Source: a virus
IMG/VR virus record: IMGVR_UViG_3300020057_000035
Span: 1 to 64,000 of that record
Length of the DNA: 64,000 nucleotides
Direction: 5' to 3' (one strand)
Below the pieces are notes generated by a model. It was not told where the DNA came from, did no database searches, and was given only the letters and a program-made list of their open reading frames with translations. The number at the start of each line of letters is the position of its first letter. Position 1 is the first letter of the stretch. Of this stretch, positions 9,485-20,476 are shown one piece after another. A program made the translations under genes and the position numbers.

Positions 9485-9730
9485 TTAATATCCCGGCTCA
9501 TCTGAAAGAATCCATAAAATAGCCTTATGGGGATCTTCTAGTTTCCAAGAGATAATAGGCATAAGGGATTGAATACCAATTCCCCTACGCGGAAGCCAAT
9601 GCCCAACAGAGCGTTCCTGAATAGCTCCTATCTCTTTTCCTTCACGCATTAAAGTAATGTTCTGATGGCCGTTTACATACGTTGTTTCATATGTAATTCC
9701 AGTAGTTATAACATCCCCTGTTGGCATCAT
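9485..9730 (-). CDS. Hypothetical protein
   Basis: ORF track; RBS module upstream. Confidence 0.65.
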   Translation of the reverse strand: MMPTGDVITTGITYETTYVNGHQNITLMREGKEIGAIQERSVGHWLPRRGIGIQSLMPIISWKLEDPHKAILWILSDEPGY

Positions 9731-9822
9731 CCCGTTTTCTCCGCATCGCCCCGCGTGTCCGTGGTCGATCGGACGGTTCCGTGCGTATCTATCATCTCTT
9801 ACCTCGCTGTAGCTATCTTAGC

Positions 9823-10053
9823 CTAGAACTCGATTTGTGTCAAGGTTACATCGAAGTCTCGATCATTTGTAAGCGCCACCCATCGCTCTTTGCCTTGAAT
9901 ATCGTTATTCGGTCGAATAAAGATCCAAGGGCCACTCTTTGGGGAAAAGCTAACGGACTCCCTTTGATCAAGGATAATCCAAGAAACAGGACTATCGGCC
10001 TCGTGGATTTTGTTCTTACCCTTTCGGGTTTTGCCATTGAGTAAAATTCGCAT
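9823..10053 (-). CDS. Hypothetical protein
   Basis: GAGGT RBS after promoter. Confidence 0.65.
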   Translation of the reverse strand: MRILLNGKTRKGKNKIHEADSPVSWIILDQRESVSFSPKSGPWIFIRPNNDIQGKERWVALTNDRDFDVTLTQIEF

Positions 10054-10319
10054 TTCTTACCTCGCTGTAGCTATCTTAGCGTGTTTGACTATTTGCGTCA
10101 AGCATTCTTTTAGTCTTTACACGCATTTTGTCACAATCGCAGATATCTGTTCGCTGTCGAACATTGTCAGCTTGATTCACAAGAATTTGCTGAGCGATGA
10201 ATACGTTGGGATCTCTCGTTCCAATGATTCGCATTTTTTGTCTCCCTCAACCTTGTGACTTAAGTATGCCATACTTAAGTATTTGCGTCAAGAGGGTAGG
10301 GCGTCGGCGACGCGGCGCA

Positions 10320-10610
10320 TTACTTCACTCTGATAGTCACGAAGTAATGATGGTCACAATCATCATCTTCTGCACATTCACAAAGAAATACGTATTTCTT
10401 TGAGTATGCAGAAATATCGATCGTACTGGTATCGTAGCCTTGACATGCAAGCTGCTCACAGGCATCCTCTGCCGCTTCATGCTTACTCTGCCCAATACCT
10501 GTGGCAATGTCGTCAAAGTCCGTATAAGTCAGGCCAGCGCCGTGCCAGTATTGGCTGCTATCCCAGCATATTTCGATGTCGTACTCTGTAATTTCCATCG
10601 CGGGGGTCAT
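10320..10610 (-). CDS. Acidic hypothetical protein; paralog of 19297-19587
   Basis: Paralogous pair. Confidence 0.75.
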   Translation of the reverse strand: MTPAMEITEYDIEICWDSSQYWHGAGLTYTDFDDIATGIGQSKHEAAEDACEQLACQGYDTSTIDISAYSKKYVFLCECAEDDDCDHHYFVTIRVK

Positions 10611-11042
10611 GGGTCACGTCCTTCACTTGTCTGATGCTATCATAGCATCAGACAGGATTTGTGTCAAGCGAACATGAGCGCTATCTCCCGTGCATTCTCC
10701 ACCCTGATACACGTCCCGCATACCAGCGATTGATCCGGCGACCAGTTCGCACCATTCGCCCGAATTGTTCGCCCGCATATCGCGCGATACGTAGGCGCAT
10801 CGTATCGATCGTCGTCATCTACCAGGTGTGTTGCACGCTCGCCATATAGGGATTGTGAAACGGGAACTAAATTCGTTATCATTGTTTGGGGTTCTCCTTC
10901 ACTTCCTGATGTAATCTTAGCACGTCGGGGGATTTGTGTCAAATCGATGATTTGCCTACCACACTTTGGGATTTGTGTCAAATCGATCCCTTCACTTCCT
11001 TTGTGATGCTATCATAGCACGCTGATGCGAATCTTTGGAATG

Positions 11043-11432
11043 TTATCGCGTAGCAATTTCCGTAACTCCTGCATCACAAAGATCATAAACAATCTGTTGA
11101 ACTGTATCACTATCTACAAATCCCGCCACACTGACACAACTGTGTTCATAATGCGGTTCAAATTTACTTACCCACTCAAAAGGCAAATCATGTGGACATA
11201 TTTTCGAGATTCCAACGTCGTCGGTGGGGGTTCTCCATATTGCTACTTCAAACTTAGTGTACGATTCTAGCGATAACCCTGTCACTTTTGGTTCGCAATA
11301 ATGATATTCACTAGCCTGAACACTTACCGTATGATTACCAGCACGAAAATTATTGAATCCCAACACATGAAAATTATTGAATCCCAAACTTTCTATCCGT
11401 GGCGTCATATGATCCCGAAATCCAATTGCCAT
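11043..11432 (-). CDS. Phage hypothetical protein (SVQASEYHYCEP motif)
   Basis: 129-aa ORF coupled to the upstream gene. Confidence 0.75.
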   Translation of the reverse strand: MAIGFRDHMTPRIESLGFNNFHVLGFNNFRAGNHTVSVQASEYHYCEPKVTGLSLESYTKFEVAIWRTPTDDVGISKICPHDLPFEWVSKFEPHYEHSCVSVAGFVDSDTVQQIVYDLCDAGVTEIATR

Positions 11433-11665
11433 TATATCCCCCTCGATGCTGCATATTCACGCTTTTGATCATTAAACATATTTTGCCATTCACCTTCCGC
11501 GCACTCTTCGCAATTGCCGCAGTTTTCACATTTACAGCAATTGCAATTGTTACAATCTGATTGACAGTATTCAGTGTGTTGCATGTGATAATGTCCGCCC
11601 ATATTTTCCCACGCCTCTTCGGCGTTTAGTCTTTTTCCTTCTTCGCGGTCATCGTCGTAGCTCAT
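11432..11665 (-). CDS. Cys-rich acidic micro-protein
   Basis: Paralog of 3486-3683. Confidence 0.7.
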   Translation of the reverse strand: MSYDDDREEGKRLNAEEAWENMGGHYHMQHTEYCQSDCNNCNCCKCENCGNCEECAEGEWQNMFNDQKREYAASRGI

Positions 11666-12039
11666 TTTTGTCTGGCACACCATAGGTCGTGTAAGCTGAT
11701 GAATGGTATTTCACTGCCCATGTCGTTGGTCGATTTGGGTCAAGCCACTTTTACTCACAGTAGCAACGGTAGGGTTGCCCGCCCTCGTAATGAGTTGCCA
11801 CTACGATAGCAGCGGGATAACCACTACGGACGTAAACTACCTGAGAATCTTCTGCATTCTGAAGATTGCCCTCTTCTGAATAATTCACGGCGATCCTTTG
11901 TGAGTTCGGAATCCAGACTCCGAAACCATGATTAGTTGCCATTGCTTTTCTCACTTCCTGATGTAATCTTAGCACGTCGGGGGATTTGTGTCAACTGCCC
12001 TCACTTCCTGATGTCATCATAGCATGGGGATCGATTTGG

Positions 12040-12172
12040 GTCAAGGTGGGTAGTTCGACGTTGCATTCTTGGCAGCCCGACCTTCATGAGCCTATTTCAG
12101 CCTGATATGGTCGCCGAACATCCCCGGTCAAACCCGTGGTCTAACTTCACGTAGCCACAACTTGACTTCTAC
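12040..12172 (-). ncRNA. Candidate structured RNA family 3 (second copy ~19669-19790)
   Basis: Shared GGCTAC...GGATGTTCRGCGAYC...CAGGCT...TGCAACGYYGAACTAC with covarying stem. Confidence 0.65.
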
Positions 12173-12242
12173 AATATAGCACGGGAGTAGATTTGGGTCA
12201 AGGAAGGTCTGACTTTCTCACTTCCTCGGGAGGCCGAGTGTG

Positions 12243-12476
12243 TTATGCGCGCCAGGACCGATACTCACACTTGTCACACTCTGGAATGACCCCGTACCCA
12301 CTGCCGTAATTGTAATCCGTGATTAGGACGCCGCATCGCCCGCAGGCGCAGCCGAGCGCTGCCGAGCGGAGCGCCGCGCTTAGGCGATCTTCGTATGATT
12401 CTCGGCTCTCGAACCGAGCTTCAAGTGAGCGCCGTACCTTCGACGGGTCGAATATGCGGGAAGCGATCGTAAGCAT
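12243..12476 (-). CDS. Zn-ribbon micro-protein (CGRC...CDKC)
   Basis: GGAG RBS before ATG 12476. Confidence 0.6.
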   Translation of the reverse strand: MLTIASRIFDPSKVRRSLEARFESRESYEDRLSAALRSAALGCACGRCGVLITDYNYGSGYGVIPECDKCEYRSWRA

Positions 12477-12597
12477 GGTGGGTGTCTCCCTTACCAGTGT
12501 CGGCGTTTCCCGACCACCTGATGTACTAAGTATAGAGTACGTTCCTTCACTTGCTGATGCAATCATATCACGCCGGAGGATTTGGGTCAAGTGATGC

Positions 12598-12807
12598 TTA
12601 TGATACCGTCCAATTGCCAGTAGCAAGTAGCATTTTAGCCTCGGCCTTCGTGCGTGCCGTGTAGCGATATCCAGCAGCATAGCCTATCTCGTCCTGCTGA
12701 ATGGTGAGTACGTCATAACTCTCACCATTAAGATCGCGAAACTCTATCGTTACGGGTCCAGCTTCACGAACGATATGGGTTCGAGTGACGATGAGAGGGT
12801 AGGGCAT
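12598..12807 (-). CDS. Cassette micro-protein
   Basis: ATG after repeat. Confidence 0.7.
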   Translation of the reverse strand: MPYPLIVTRTHIVREAGPVTIEFRDLNGESYDVLTIQQDEIGYAAGYRYTARTKAEAKMLLATGNWTVS

Positions 12808-12852
12808 TTCTTTCACTTCCTGATGTAATCTTAGCACGTCGGGGGATTTGTG

Positions 12853-13053
12853 TCAACTGCCCTTGTGGTCGATGTCCCATGTTTTCGCAGCATCCCGCAA
12901 ATCCCGTGTGGTAAGCAATCCAGCCGCTACCATTTCCAATGCCGCAGCCATCGCCCAATGTCGAGCATCATCAGGATTATCCCGATTATCGAATGCCAGA
13001 TTTACGTTTCGCATCGTATGCGTGTGCTCGATAGGACGGTTAAGAACAAGCAT
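12853..13053 (-). CDS. Duplicate of cassette 4260-4460
   Basis: Identical protein. Confidence 0.75.
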   Translation of the reverse strand: MLVLNRPIEHTHTMRNVNLAFDNRDNPDDARHWAMAAALEMVAAGLLTTRDLRDAAKTWDIDHKGS

Positions 13054-13364
13054 TTTGTTTCCCTCATTTCCTTGATGTAATCATAGCACGCTGGGCTATT
13101 TGTGTCAACTACCCTACCCTTGTCCAAGACCAGGGCATGGGTCACGTCCCGTCACTTGGTAAGACCATCGTAGCACGTCGGGAGATTTGTGTCAAGGGAA
13201 GTCGCCTTCACATCCATATATGCCAGATGTGTCCATTTCCTAGGCCGGGTAAAAATAATTCCCCGCGCAGTGCAATATCACTACTTCTGGCGACTTCCTT
13301 CACTTCCTGATGTAATCTTAGCACGGGAGTCGATTTGTGTCAACTCCCGTGCAGTGTTATTTGT

Positions 13365-13613
13365 TTACCATCGGCGATCGATGCTGGCGAAGGCGTACGC
13401 GCCTTTTTCTTCGGGATTGATCCAGAACGATAGCGGAGCATGGCCCGCGTATGTTTCGTTCCTATCGCCCGGCTGGTAAACGTGAAGCGCATAACCGTTC
13501 GTGCGAAGATAGTCGGCAGCATCGTCCACGTTCAATTCAACGCGAACCGTGCGACCTTCGCCGTTGCGAATTGCTATCGGGTACTCATAGGTGACTGGCA
13601 TGGTGTTCCTCAA
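13365..13613 (-). CDS. Cassette micro-protein
   Basis: ORF between repeats. Confidence 0.7.
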   Translation of the reverse strand: MRNTMPVTYEYPIAIRNGEGRTVRVELNVDDAADYLRTNGYALHVYQPGDRNETYAGHAPLSFWINPEEKGAYAFASIDRRW

Positions 13614-13666
13614 TTCCTTCTGATGCTATCATAGCATGGGGATCGATTTGAGTCAACCCGTCCTGC

Positions 13667-13876
13667 CTAGAATCGAGATCCTAGGCAATTGAGAGAGATC
13701 GCATCTCCAGCGATATCAATCCCGTTAGGCGGGTTAGATTCTACGTGTACCATAGCACCACAATTTTGACACTGCGCCCACGCCCACGCTGGCCAATGAT
13801 GGAATTGACCCATGCTATGCCCATGCCACGTGCAGGATTCGAGTGCAGATTTTCGGAGTGTCTTAACTGATGCCAT
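13667..13876 (-). CDS. Zn-binding micro-protein (CxxxGH...CQNC)
   Basis: ORF between repeats. Confidence 0.7.
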   Translation of the reverse strand: MASVKTLRKSALESCTWHGHSMGQFHHWPAWAWAQCQNCGAMVHVESNPPNGIDIAGDAISLNCLGSRF

Positions 13877-13917
13877 GGTGGTTTCTCACTTCCAAAGTTT
13901 AACTTCCTGATGCAATC

Positions 13918-14139
13918 TTAGCACGTCGGGGGATTTGTGTCGAGTGCCCGCCATACGATGGCCCAGACTTTGCGAGCGGCGGCGTAGGCGTCAAGGTGGG
14001 CGGCGATGGCGGCGGTGTAGGCATCGTGTCGCTCGTCGCCACCCAGCGCATCGAACGCCTCACGGGCGGCGTCTGTCAATGCGTTGAGAGCGTCGGCTGA
14101 TGCAAACACTTCGCGGTAAACGGTGGCGTAAACAGGCAT
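13918..14139 (-). CDS. Ala-rich cassette micro-protein
   Basis: ORF between repeats. Confidence 0.65.
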   Translation of the reverse strand: MPVYATVYREVFASADALNALTDAAREAFDALGGDERHDAYTAAIAAHLDAYAAARKVWAIVWRALDTNPPTC

Positions 14140-14335
14140 GGGTCACGTCCTTCACTTGCTGATGCAATCTTAGCACGTCGGGAGATTTGTGTCAAGTCGC
14201 CTTCACATCCATATATGCCAGATGTGTCCATTTCCTAGGCCGGGTAAAAATAATTCCCCGCGCAGTGCAATATCACTACTTCTGGCGACTTCCTTCGACT
14301 TCCTGATGTAATCTTAGCACGGGAGTCGATTTGTG

Positions 14336-14506
14336 TCAACGACACTTGTCCGAGGCCCATCGCGGGCCGAATTCCTTGCATTTGGTAAAGGCGATCCTTC
14401 GTGCGTGTTTTCCCCAGTGCCTTGCAATGCATGTCGTATGGATCGGATGCATATCGAAGATGGGCATAAATTCTTTACCGCAACATCGGCAGATAATTGT
14501 TTCCAT
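14336..14506 (-). CDS. Cys/His-rich micro-protein
   Basis: ATG 14506 after repeat. Confidence 0.65.
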   Translation of the reverse strand: METIICRCCGKEFMPIFDMHPIHTTCIARHWGKHARRIAFTKCKEFGPRWASDKCR

Positions 14507-14656
14507 GGCGTTTCTCACTTCCTGATGCAATCTTAGCACGCTGGGAGATTTGAGTCAAGTTATCGACGGTCTCGATTGTGCTTACCACATTTCTGCATTT
14601 GTGTCAAATCGAACAAATGATAAGGCTGGTGATCTGATATTTATTACGATCCCCAA

Positions 14657-14672
14657 TGTTTCACGTGAAACA
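14657..14672. promoter_or_regulatory. parS: parS palindrome
   Basis: TGTTTCACGTGAAACA. Confidence 0.85.
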
Positions 14673-14770
14673 CTTTTTCACGATTTTTTCGATTTAATTG
14701 AAAAAAAAAAACGATTTGGGGGTCGCACGCATTATATATGCGTATATTAAAAAATCACGGAAAAATCCCC

Positions 14771-15154
14771 CTAACCATGCGCATTACATTTTTCATTTTT
14801 CAAATTGCTCTTTACTATAGATTCAAAAACCCAATTTCTTAGAAAAGGAAATTCAAGTCTTATCTCTTCTAAGTAATTCTTTCCTCCGCATTCAATAAAT
14901 CCTTCCGCCCACTGCTTAATTTGAAAATTAAGGTTGACTTTGCCCTGTAATGCGGAGAATAACAACCTGGGATGCTTAGTTGAAGCCCTTTCCCCATTCT
15001 CCCACTTCAAAAATGCTTTATTAGCTGAATAACCATTATTTTCTTTCTTAATTATGGGATTACTCCCGTTAGTAGGGGGAATGAAGCTTTTATCCCATAA
15101 TCTGTACCATTTTACATATATCCAGAAATCAGGATGTATTTTTTCATTTTTCAA
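14771..15154 (-). CDS. AT-rich hypothetical protein
   Basis: 127-aa ORF. Confidence 0.6.
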   Translation of the reverse strand: MKNEKIHPDFWIYVKWYRLWDKSFIPPTNGSNPIIKKENNGYSANKAFLKWENGERASTKHPRLLFSALQGKVNLNFQIKQWAEGFIECGGKNYLEEIRLEFPFLRNWVFESIVKSNLKNEKCNAHG

Positions 15155-17009
15155 ATTATTTCTACTTTAAATTAAGCCTCCTCTTTTACTGCCCTTCTAT
15201 CTCGGAACCTAAACCACCAAATAATTCTACGTGCGGTGTGCGACCCTATCATATCACCAGCATTTCTGTTGCAAATGCACGGAACGACTGGTCCTCCGTT
15301 CCCGCGCCACATGTTTGCACGTGCTTTGTGATCGCCGCGTTCGCCGCGATCTCGTCCCGGAACATTGCACGACCTACTGAGCACGCACATTGAACGGCTA
15401 TCCAGCCTCGATCAGAAGACACTAGAACTTCGAACATGACCATTCTCCTTGAAATAGAGCTGCATGGCGATCTATTCGCCATATTTCAAAATTCAAATTC
15501 TAGATTTCAATTTCTAAATATAAAATCTAGTTTCTGAAATCTTTAATGTCTAATCTATATGTGCGAGATACGGATCTCTATCTGATAGTTGTGTACCAAT
15601 ATACTCGTATGAAATTAGATTCAATTTGACCATTTCATCAATGATCCTCATTGCCCACGCTCGGGATTCTATTTTTTTGTTCACGTTGAGGTAAGCGATT
15701 GATTTGCTTAGTGCTCTGTTGATCTCTGTTCTATCTGTCATATTTACAGATTACCACTCTGTGAGATTTGTGTCAAGTCTATCTGTTTCTCTTTAACTCT
15801 TCGACTTACGTTTCGTTTATTGTACTCTGTTTTTCGTGTGTTTGCTTCTCTTGAGGTTTCGTGCTCCCATACTGGAGTACCAGTGCTGTCAATGTAGTTC
15901 GGACGTGCATATTTGATGCGGGGATCATCGTCACCATGATATTGTACGTCTTTACGTCCTAGATCAATCCATCTCTTTGGATCATAGACTTCTCGTCCTT
16001 TGCGCCCTATTAGTTCGGCCATGCTGTATTGTGTACCTCTTCCTCTATTTTGTTTTGTTCTTCTTGGTGTTCTTCTGCTTGTGCTTGTGCATCCGACCAA
16101 TCACTACTAGATCCTACGGAATCATTACAGTCATAGCAGAAAGCGACGTATCCACTATAGGGATGATCGTCACAGCATCCCCCACGGTCTGAGACACTTA
16201 CTTCGTGTTCCATTACTCTATGAACAATCCCGCAATCGCGAAAGTGAAACAAAGAGTAGCGAAGAAGAATAATTCAAACATTTACTTTTTCCTTCAACGT
16301 AATTGTGTTTTTTAATATGCCCTCAATACTGAACCCAAGTGCTCCAATCTCACAAAGATTGCTGCAATAGGTCAGCCGTAGGCTTGATGTGCTCTTAGAC
16401 GTTGTGTATATCGTCTTGCATCGCTCACAAACTTTCATCGTGTCCACCTTTGTATTGTTTCTAACTACTCACAGTGTATCATCAAAGGGCATTTGTGTCA
16501 ATAAGCATAATAATGAGTGCTCTTTCCCTAAACCTGTCAAACCTAGATATTTGGGGTACGTAACCATGCGTGAATCGCTTTGTGTGTATATTCAATTTCT
16601 ATGATATCCAGGACTTGAGGAAAGAACTGTTGAGTAGGGGAGAAACGTCCATTGCGAAGAGAAAAAGCCAATTGATCCATATTTTTGATTTCTAGCTTTT
16701 CATCACTTTCGCTTTGTATTCTTTCATACAAATCAATAAACAATTCCATCTTATCTTCATTCAGTGTACTCGAAAACCAACTAGTCATATAGTTTCTCCT
16801 GTAGTGTGGCGCACTTTTCTGCATCATCATCTGGGGCCGCCCGCGTTGGCCTTGTGACGTTGCCCGCCCAAAATGTGAGCAACGTCACGCTCGTCGGGTA
16901 TGCCGGTCGCTGGTTGTTGCGGCCCACCTTCACGAGATCAGTCATCATAGGGGCCAATCCGCTAGCAGGTCCCATGCGTTTGCCACAAGTTCGCAGGTGG
17001 CGGCGGGCA

Positions 17010-17339
17010 TCAATCTTCGTTAGGATCATCGTCGAAAAATACGTGCATCGAAACTACTCGACCCTCTCGATTCTTCTCTACATATACGGGATAAAATCCA
17101 TCACCGTAGCCTGTTTCCACTGCTACAGCATAACCGCTGTCTAGGTCACCTGAACGTTCCTTAGAATTTGATGCTTGACAAGCGCCCTCGTAGCTATATG
17201 CGTATGGCAGCTTACAATCCTCTGGCTCTAAATTAAGATTGTTTCCATGTGTAACAAACCGATCAAGATAGCAGGGATCGCCTACCATCACCTGACCAGA
17301 ATCTACCATCACTTTGCCCACAAGTTCCATTATGTCCAT
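17010..17339 (-). CDS. DUF4241-like protein
   Basis: VDSGQVMVGDPCY and TGYGDGFYPVY motifs. Confidence 0.65.
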   Translation of the reverse strand: MDIMELVGKVMVDSGQVMVGDPCYLDRFVTHGNNLNLEPEDCKLPYAYSYEGACQASNSKERSGDLDSGYAVAVETGYGDGFYPVYVEKNREGRVVSMHVFFDDDPNED

Positions 17340-17867
17340 CCTTCTTTTTTCCTCTGTGTACTTAATATACCAGACTTAGGTATTTGTGTCAACTCCCGTT
17401 CTGTACTGCCACGGGACTGCTCGCCATGCGGCATCTTCCGCCTTTGCTGTTTCATACCACGCTTCATCTTCGATGGGCATAGGGTGGGAAGATTTGCGCC
17501 TCCAACTACTCGCCATCCTTGCAGTGCTTTCTGCCTTTGCAGATTCACGCCATATGGCGTAGGCTATGTCGAAAGTATTTATTGACACTTCTTTGTTCCT
17601 CATTTCCTTGATGTAATCATAGCACGCTGGGAGATTTGTGTCAAATTATCTTTGTGCGCGCAAAGTCGATCATCCAACGAATACCAGAAAGAGTATCTGC
17701 TTTAACATAACCATAGTCTGGTACTAGGGCGGAATACATGTCTGAGTGCTCAATACGATCAACGGTTATTCCATGATAGGTGCGTAGTTTCATGTTTGTT
17801 CCTTTTCCTTGGTGCGTTTATTGTAGCAGCAGAACCTATTTGTGTCAAGTGACACGTTGTGTCAATC

Positions 17868-18251
17868 TTAGAAAGGCACATATACCCTGAATAGTGGGGG
17901 ATGCACCCGCCACATTTCCATGCGATCCGCCGCACTTAATTCATAGCCCTCTCCGGTTCCCATAATTCCTTCGCCTTCGATATGATTCAGCCAAAGGCAA
18001 TGACCGACTTCGTGTGTAATAATCTTCTGTTGAAGCTGAGCAGGATATGTTTGCCATACTGGTGGTACCCAGATTACACAACTGCCTTCAGCAACATAAG
18101 TCCATGCGGCCCAAATGCGTTCATATTCGCGAAAATCTACATTATCACTAGTAGACGAATCATGTACCTGAATATCAGGTACAGTAAACATGGAACCAAG
18201 GGCACTCCATAATGCAAGGGCAATCATCACCATTGTTTGTACTAATCCCAT
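17868..18251 (-). CDS. Secreted or membrane-anchored metzincin (matrixin-like) zinc metalloprotease
   Basis: HEVGHCLWLNH zinc motif plus downstream GIM Met-turn; hydrophobic N-terminus. Confidence 0.75.
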   Translation of the reverse strand: MGLVQTMVMIALALWSALGSMFTVPDIQVHDSSTSDNVDFREYERIWAAWTYVAEGSCVIWVPPVWQTYPAQLQQKIITHEVGHCLWLNHIEGEGIMGTGEGYELSAADRMEMWRVHPPLFRVYVPF

Positions 18252-18253
18252 AT

Positions 18254-18574
18254 CTAATCTCCGTCTCCGTAGATTGATTTGTATGCCACCGTATGCCACC
18301 GTCGAGCGGTGCTATGTGCGATCGCAACATCGTCGGAAGAAAAGTATTGGGGGAAAGTGAGAGCAACGATTGACCAATCGCAATCCTCTTCGTAGATACC
18401 TTCTTCTATACTCCACCTGGAATCAATCTCGGCGTTCCTACGCTTGCCTAGAATGTAGCCGCCGTGTGACGGAGTTTCGTACCTGATGATACCAGGGCCA
18501 TAGGTACGAGCGGTCTCCGACGTACCCCACGGGGTGCTGCGCTTGACATATCGTGCTTCTGGTTCTGTGTACAT
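18254..18574 (-). CDS. Conserved phage/MGE protein (STPWG...TPSHGG...YEEDCDW; DUF7007-like)
   Basis: Motif recognition. Confidence 0.65.
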   Translation of the reverse strand: MYTEPEARYVKRSTPWGTSETARTYGPGIIRYETPSHGGYILGKRRNAEIDSRWSIEEGIYEEDCDWSIVALTFPQYFSSDDVAIAHSTARRWHTVAYKSIYGDGD

Positions 18575-18627
18575 GTTCTTTCCTCACTTGCTTGATGATG
18601 TAATCTTAGCACTGAAAGGTATTTGTG

Positions 18628-18924
18628 TCAACCACCCATAAGGTTGGAAGCATCAGATGTATACCACCTATAGATGGCATCTAGTGCTATACGTGCTGGC
18701 CTGTCTCCACCGTGCTCAAATTCTTTTACTGTGAGATTGGCGAGTAGGTTGTATGCAAATGCGATTGCCAATTGTGGATAGAATGGTGCGGCATTCTTCG
18801 CTGCCTGTTTTGTACCATATGGACACGCCCATCCATAATCCAGAATCACATCGTACAGCGTCTCAGGGACTGCTATACACGCTTCCGCTCCGCCATAGTG
18901 TGCATGAAACAATTTGTCTTTCAT
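18628..18924 (-). CDS. Hypothetical protein
   Basis: GAGGA RBS after promoter. Confidence 0.7.
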   Translation of the reverse strand: MKDKLFHAHYGGAEACIAVPETLYDVILDYGWACPYGTKQAAKNAAPFYPQLAIAFAYNLLANLTVKEFEHGGDRPARIALDAIYRWYTSDASNLMGG

Positions 18925-19296
18925 TTTGCTTTCCTCGACTGTTCTGTGATGTAATCTTAGCCTAGATTGAGGTTTGTGTCAAGGTGCTTACACCCAAACT
19001 TAGATCCACCGTACCAATGCCCTTCCCACATAGTTCCACTAAGAATATACTGCTGGATATTGTTCCTATGTGGGGAAAAAGGATCTTGTTGTGCAATCCT
19101 AGCAAAGACATTCAATACCTTGATCTTTTCTCTGATAGTAAGCTCATGGAAAGTACGTGCCGCTACAATGTATGCCCTATTATTACCGAAGGACAACGGA
19201 ATTACGGTTGCTTTCATTTTCTTTTCCTCATTCGCTTTTTCTTGTTGATGTAATCTTAGCACGATAGGGGATTTGTGTCAAACAGGCTTCGGTAGT

Positions 19297-19587
19297 TCAC
19301 TTTACCCTGATGGTTACGAAGTAATGATGGTCACAATCATCATCTTCTGAGCACTCACACAATTGTGTGTAGTTCCCTGAGTATGCGGAAGTATCGATCG
19401 TACTGGTATCGTAACCTTGATGTGTAATCTGCTCACAAGCGTCCTCTGCCGCATCACGCTCGCTTTGACCAATACCTGTAGCAAGGTCGTCGAAGTCCAT
19501 ATAAGACTGACGCCAAAGATTGAGAGTAAAGTATTGGCTATGATCGTAGGATATCTCGATGTCGTATTGTTGAATCTTCCTCAACAT
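19297..19587 (-). CDS. Acidic hypothetical protein, paralog of 10320-10610
   Basis: Paralogy. Confidence 0.75.
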   Translation of the reverse strand: MLRKIQQYDIEISYDHSQYFTLNLWRQSYMDFDDLATGIGQSERDAAEDACEQITHQGYDTSTIDTSAYSGNYTQLCECSEDDDCDHHYFVTIRVK

Positions 19588-19668
19588 TTATTTTATCCTT
19601 TCAAGAATTTTCCATCTTTGTTTCCTCGATTGCTTGATGTACCTATAGTATCATCGCTCTTGATTTGT

Positions 19669-19965
19669 GTCAAGTAAGTAGTTCAGCGTTGCACTATCGG
19701 CGGATGTATCTTCCTCATCCCGATTAAGCCTGTGTAGTGATCGCTGAACATCCTAAGTACTACCACTACATGATAACCGTCAGTAGCCAAAGGCATAGAT
19801 CCCCTACCTCTTCAATGAGCCGATAGGGGTAACTACCTTCTATGAAGGCGCACGGTTGTTTTACCCGTGCCTCATCCTGCGCCTACAGGGCAGACTTCTG
19901 TCGTCAAAAATACAGGTACCGGGATTCTTTACGAATTAGGAACCCATACGCATTTTTGACTTCTT
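19669..19965 (-). ncRNA. Multi-hairpin non-coding cassette ending in a family 3 domain
   Basis: Promoter at ~19965-19995; stem GTCAAAAATGC/GTATTTTTGAC plus further hairpins; no ORF in the track. Confidence 0.55.
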
Positions 19966-20476
19966 AATACTAACACCCTAGAGCATTAGTGTCAAGTCTG
20001 AATAATTGTTATTTAACCATAATAACTAAGGTGTCTTTGTGTTCTTGCACTTTGCTTTAACTTTAGTGCGTCTTGATGTTTTAATTGCCCTCTTATTAAC
20101 CGCATGAGGGCTAAGCGTTGCCGTCTATTTCGTGCTGTCACTCTACTCGTTGCCCGCAAGGTAGATGCCGGTTTGATGTCGCAACGGTCTGGGCTTTGGT
20201 ACTCACCAGACTGTATTTCGATACCCGCTGTTGCAACAGATAGGGTTTGAATAGCGTTGCTTCAACTCATTAAGAATAGCACACTGGCTAATTTGTGTCA
20301 AGTGGTCTGACTCACAAACCAGACTGTACGATTATTTATCACCAATCAACCTACACACGGGTTGCGTAGGCCACTCCCACTTCGTCAGTGAACGCGGTTT
20401 CGATAGCACTTGACTTCTTAAGTATACCTTAAATAGGTATTTGTGTCAACTTCCTCATGGAATTGCCACACAGAAA

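Larger units (their letters stand above)
9072..9769 (-). repeat. Three copies of a hairpin+RBS module ATCGACCCCGGACACGCGGGGCGATGCGGAGAAA (9072-9105, 9393-9427, 9736-9769)
   Basis: Each sits immediately before an ATG (9067, 9387, 9730). Confidence 0.8.

Noticed and set aside
20370-20405. Hammerhead ribozyme (GAAAC...CTGACGA on the minus strand)
   Set aside because: No room for stem I between the putative cleavage site and CUGA; stem III is too short
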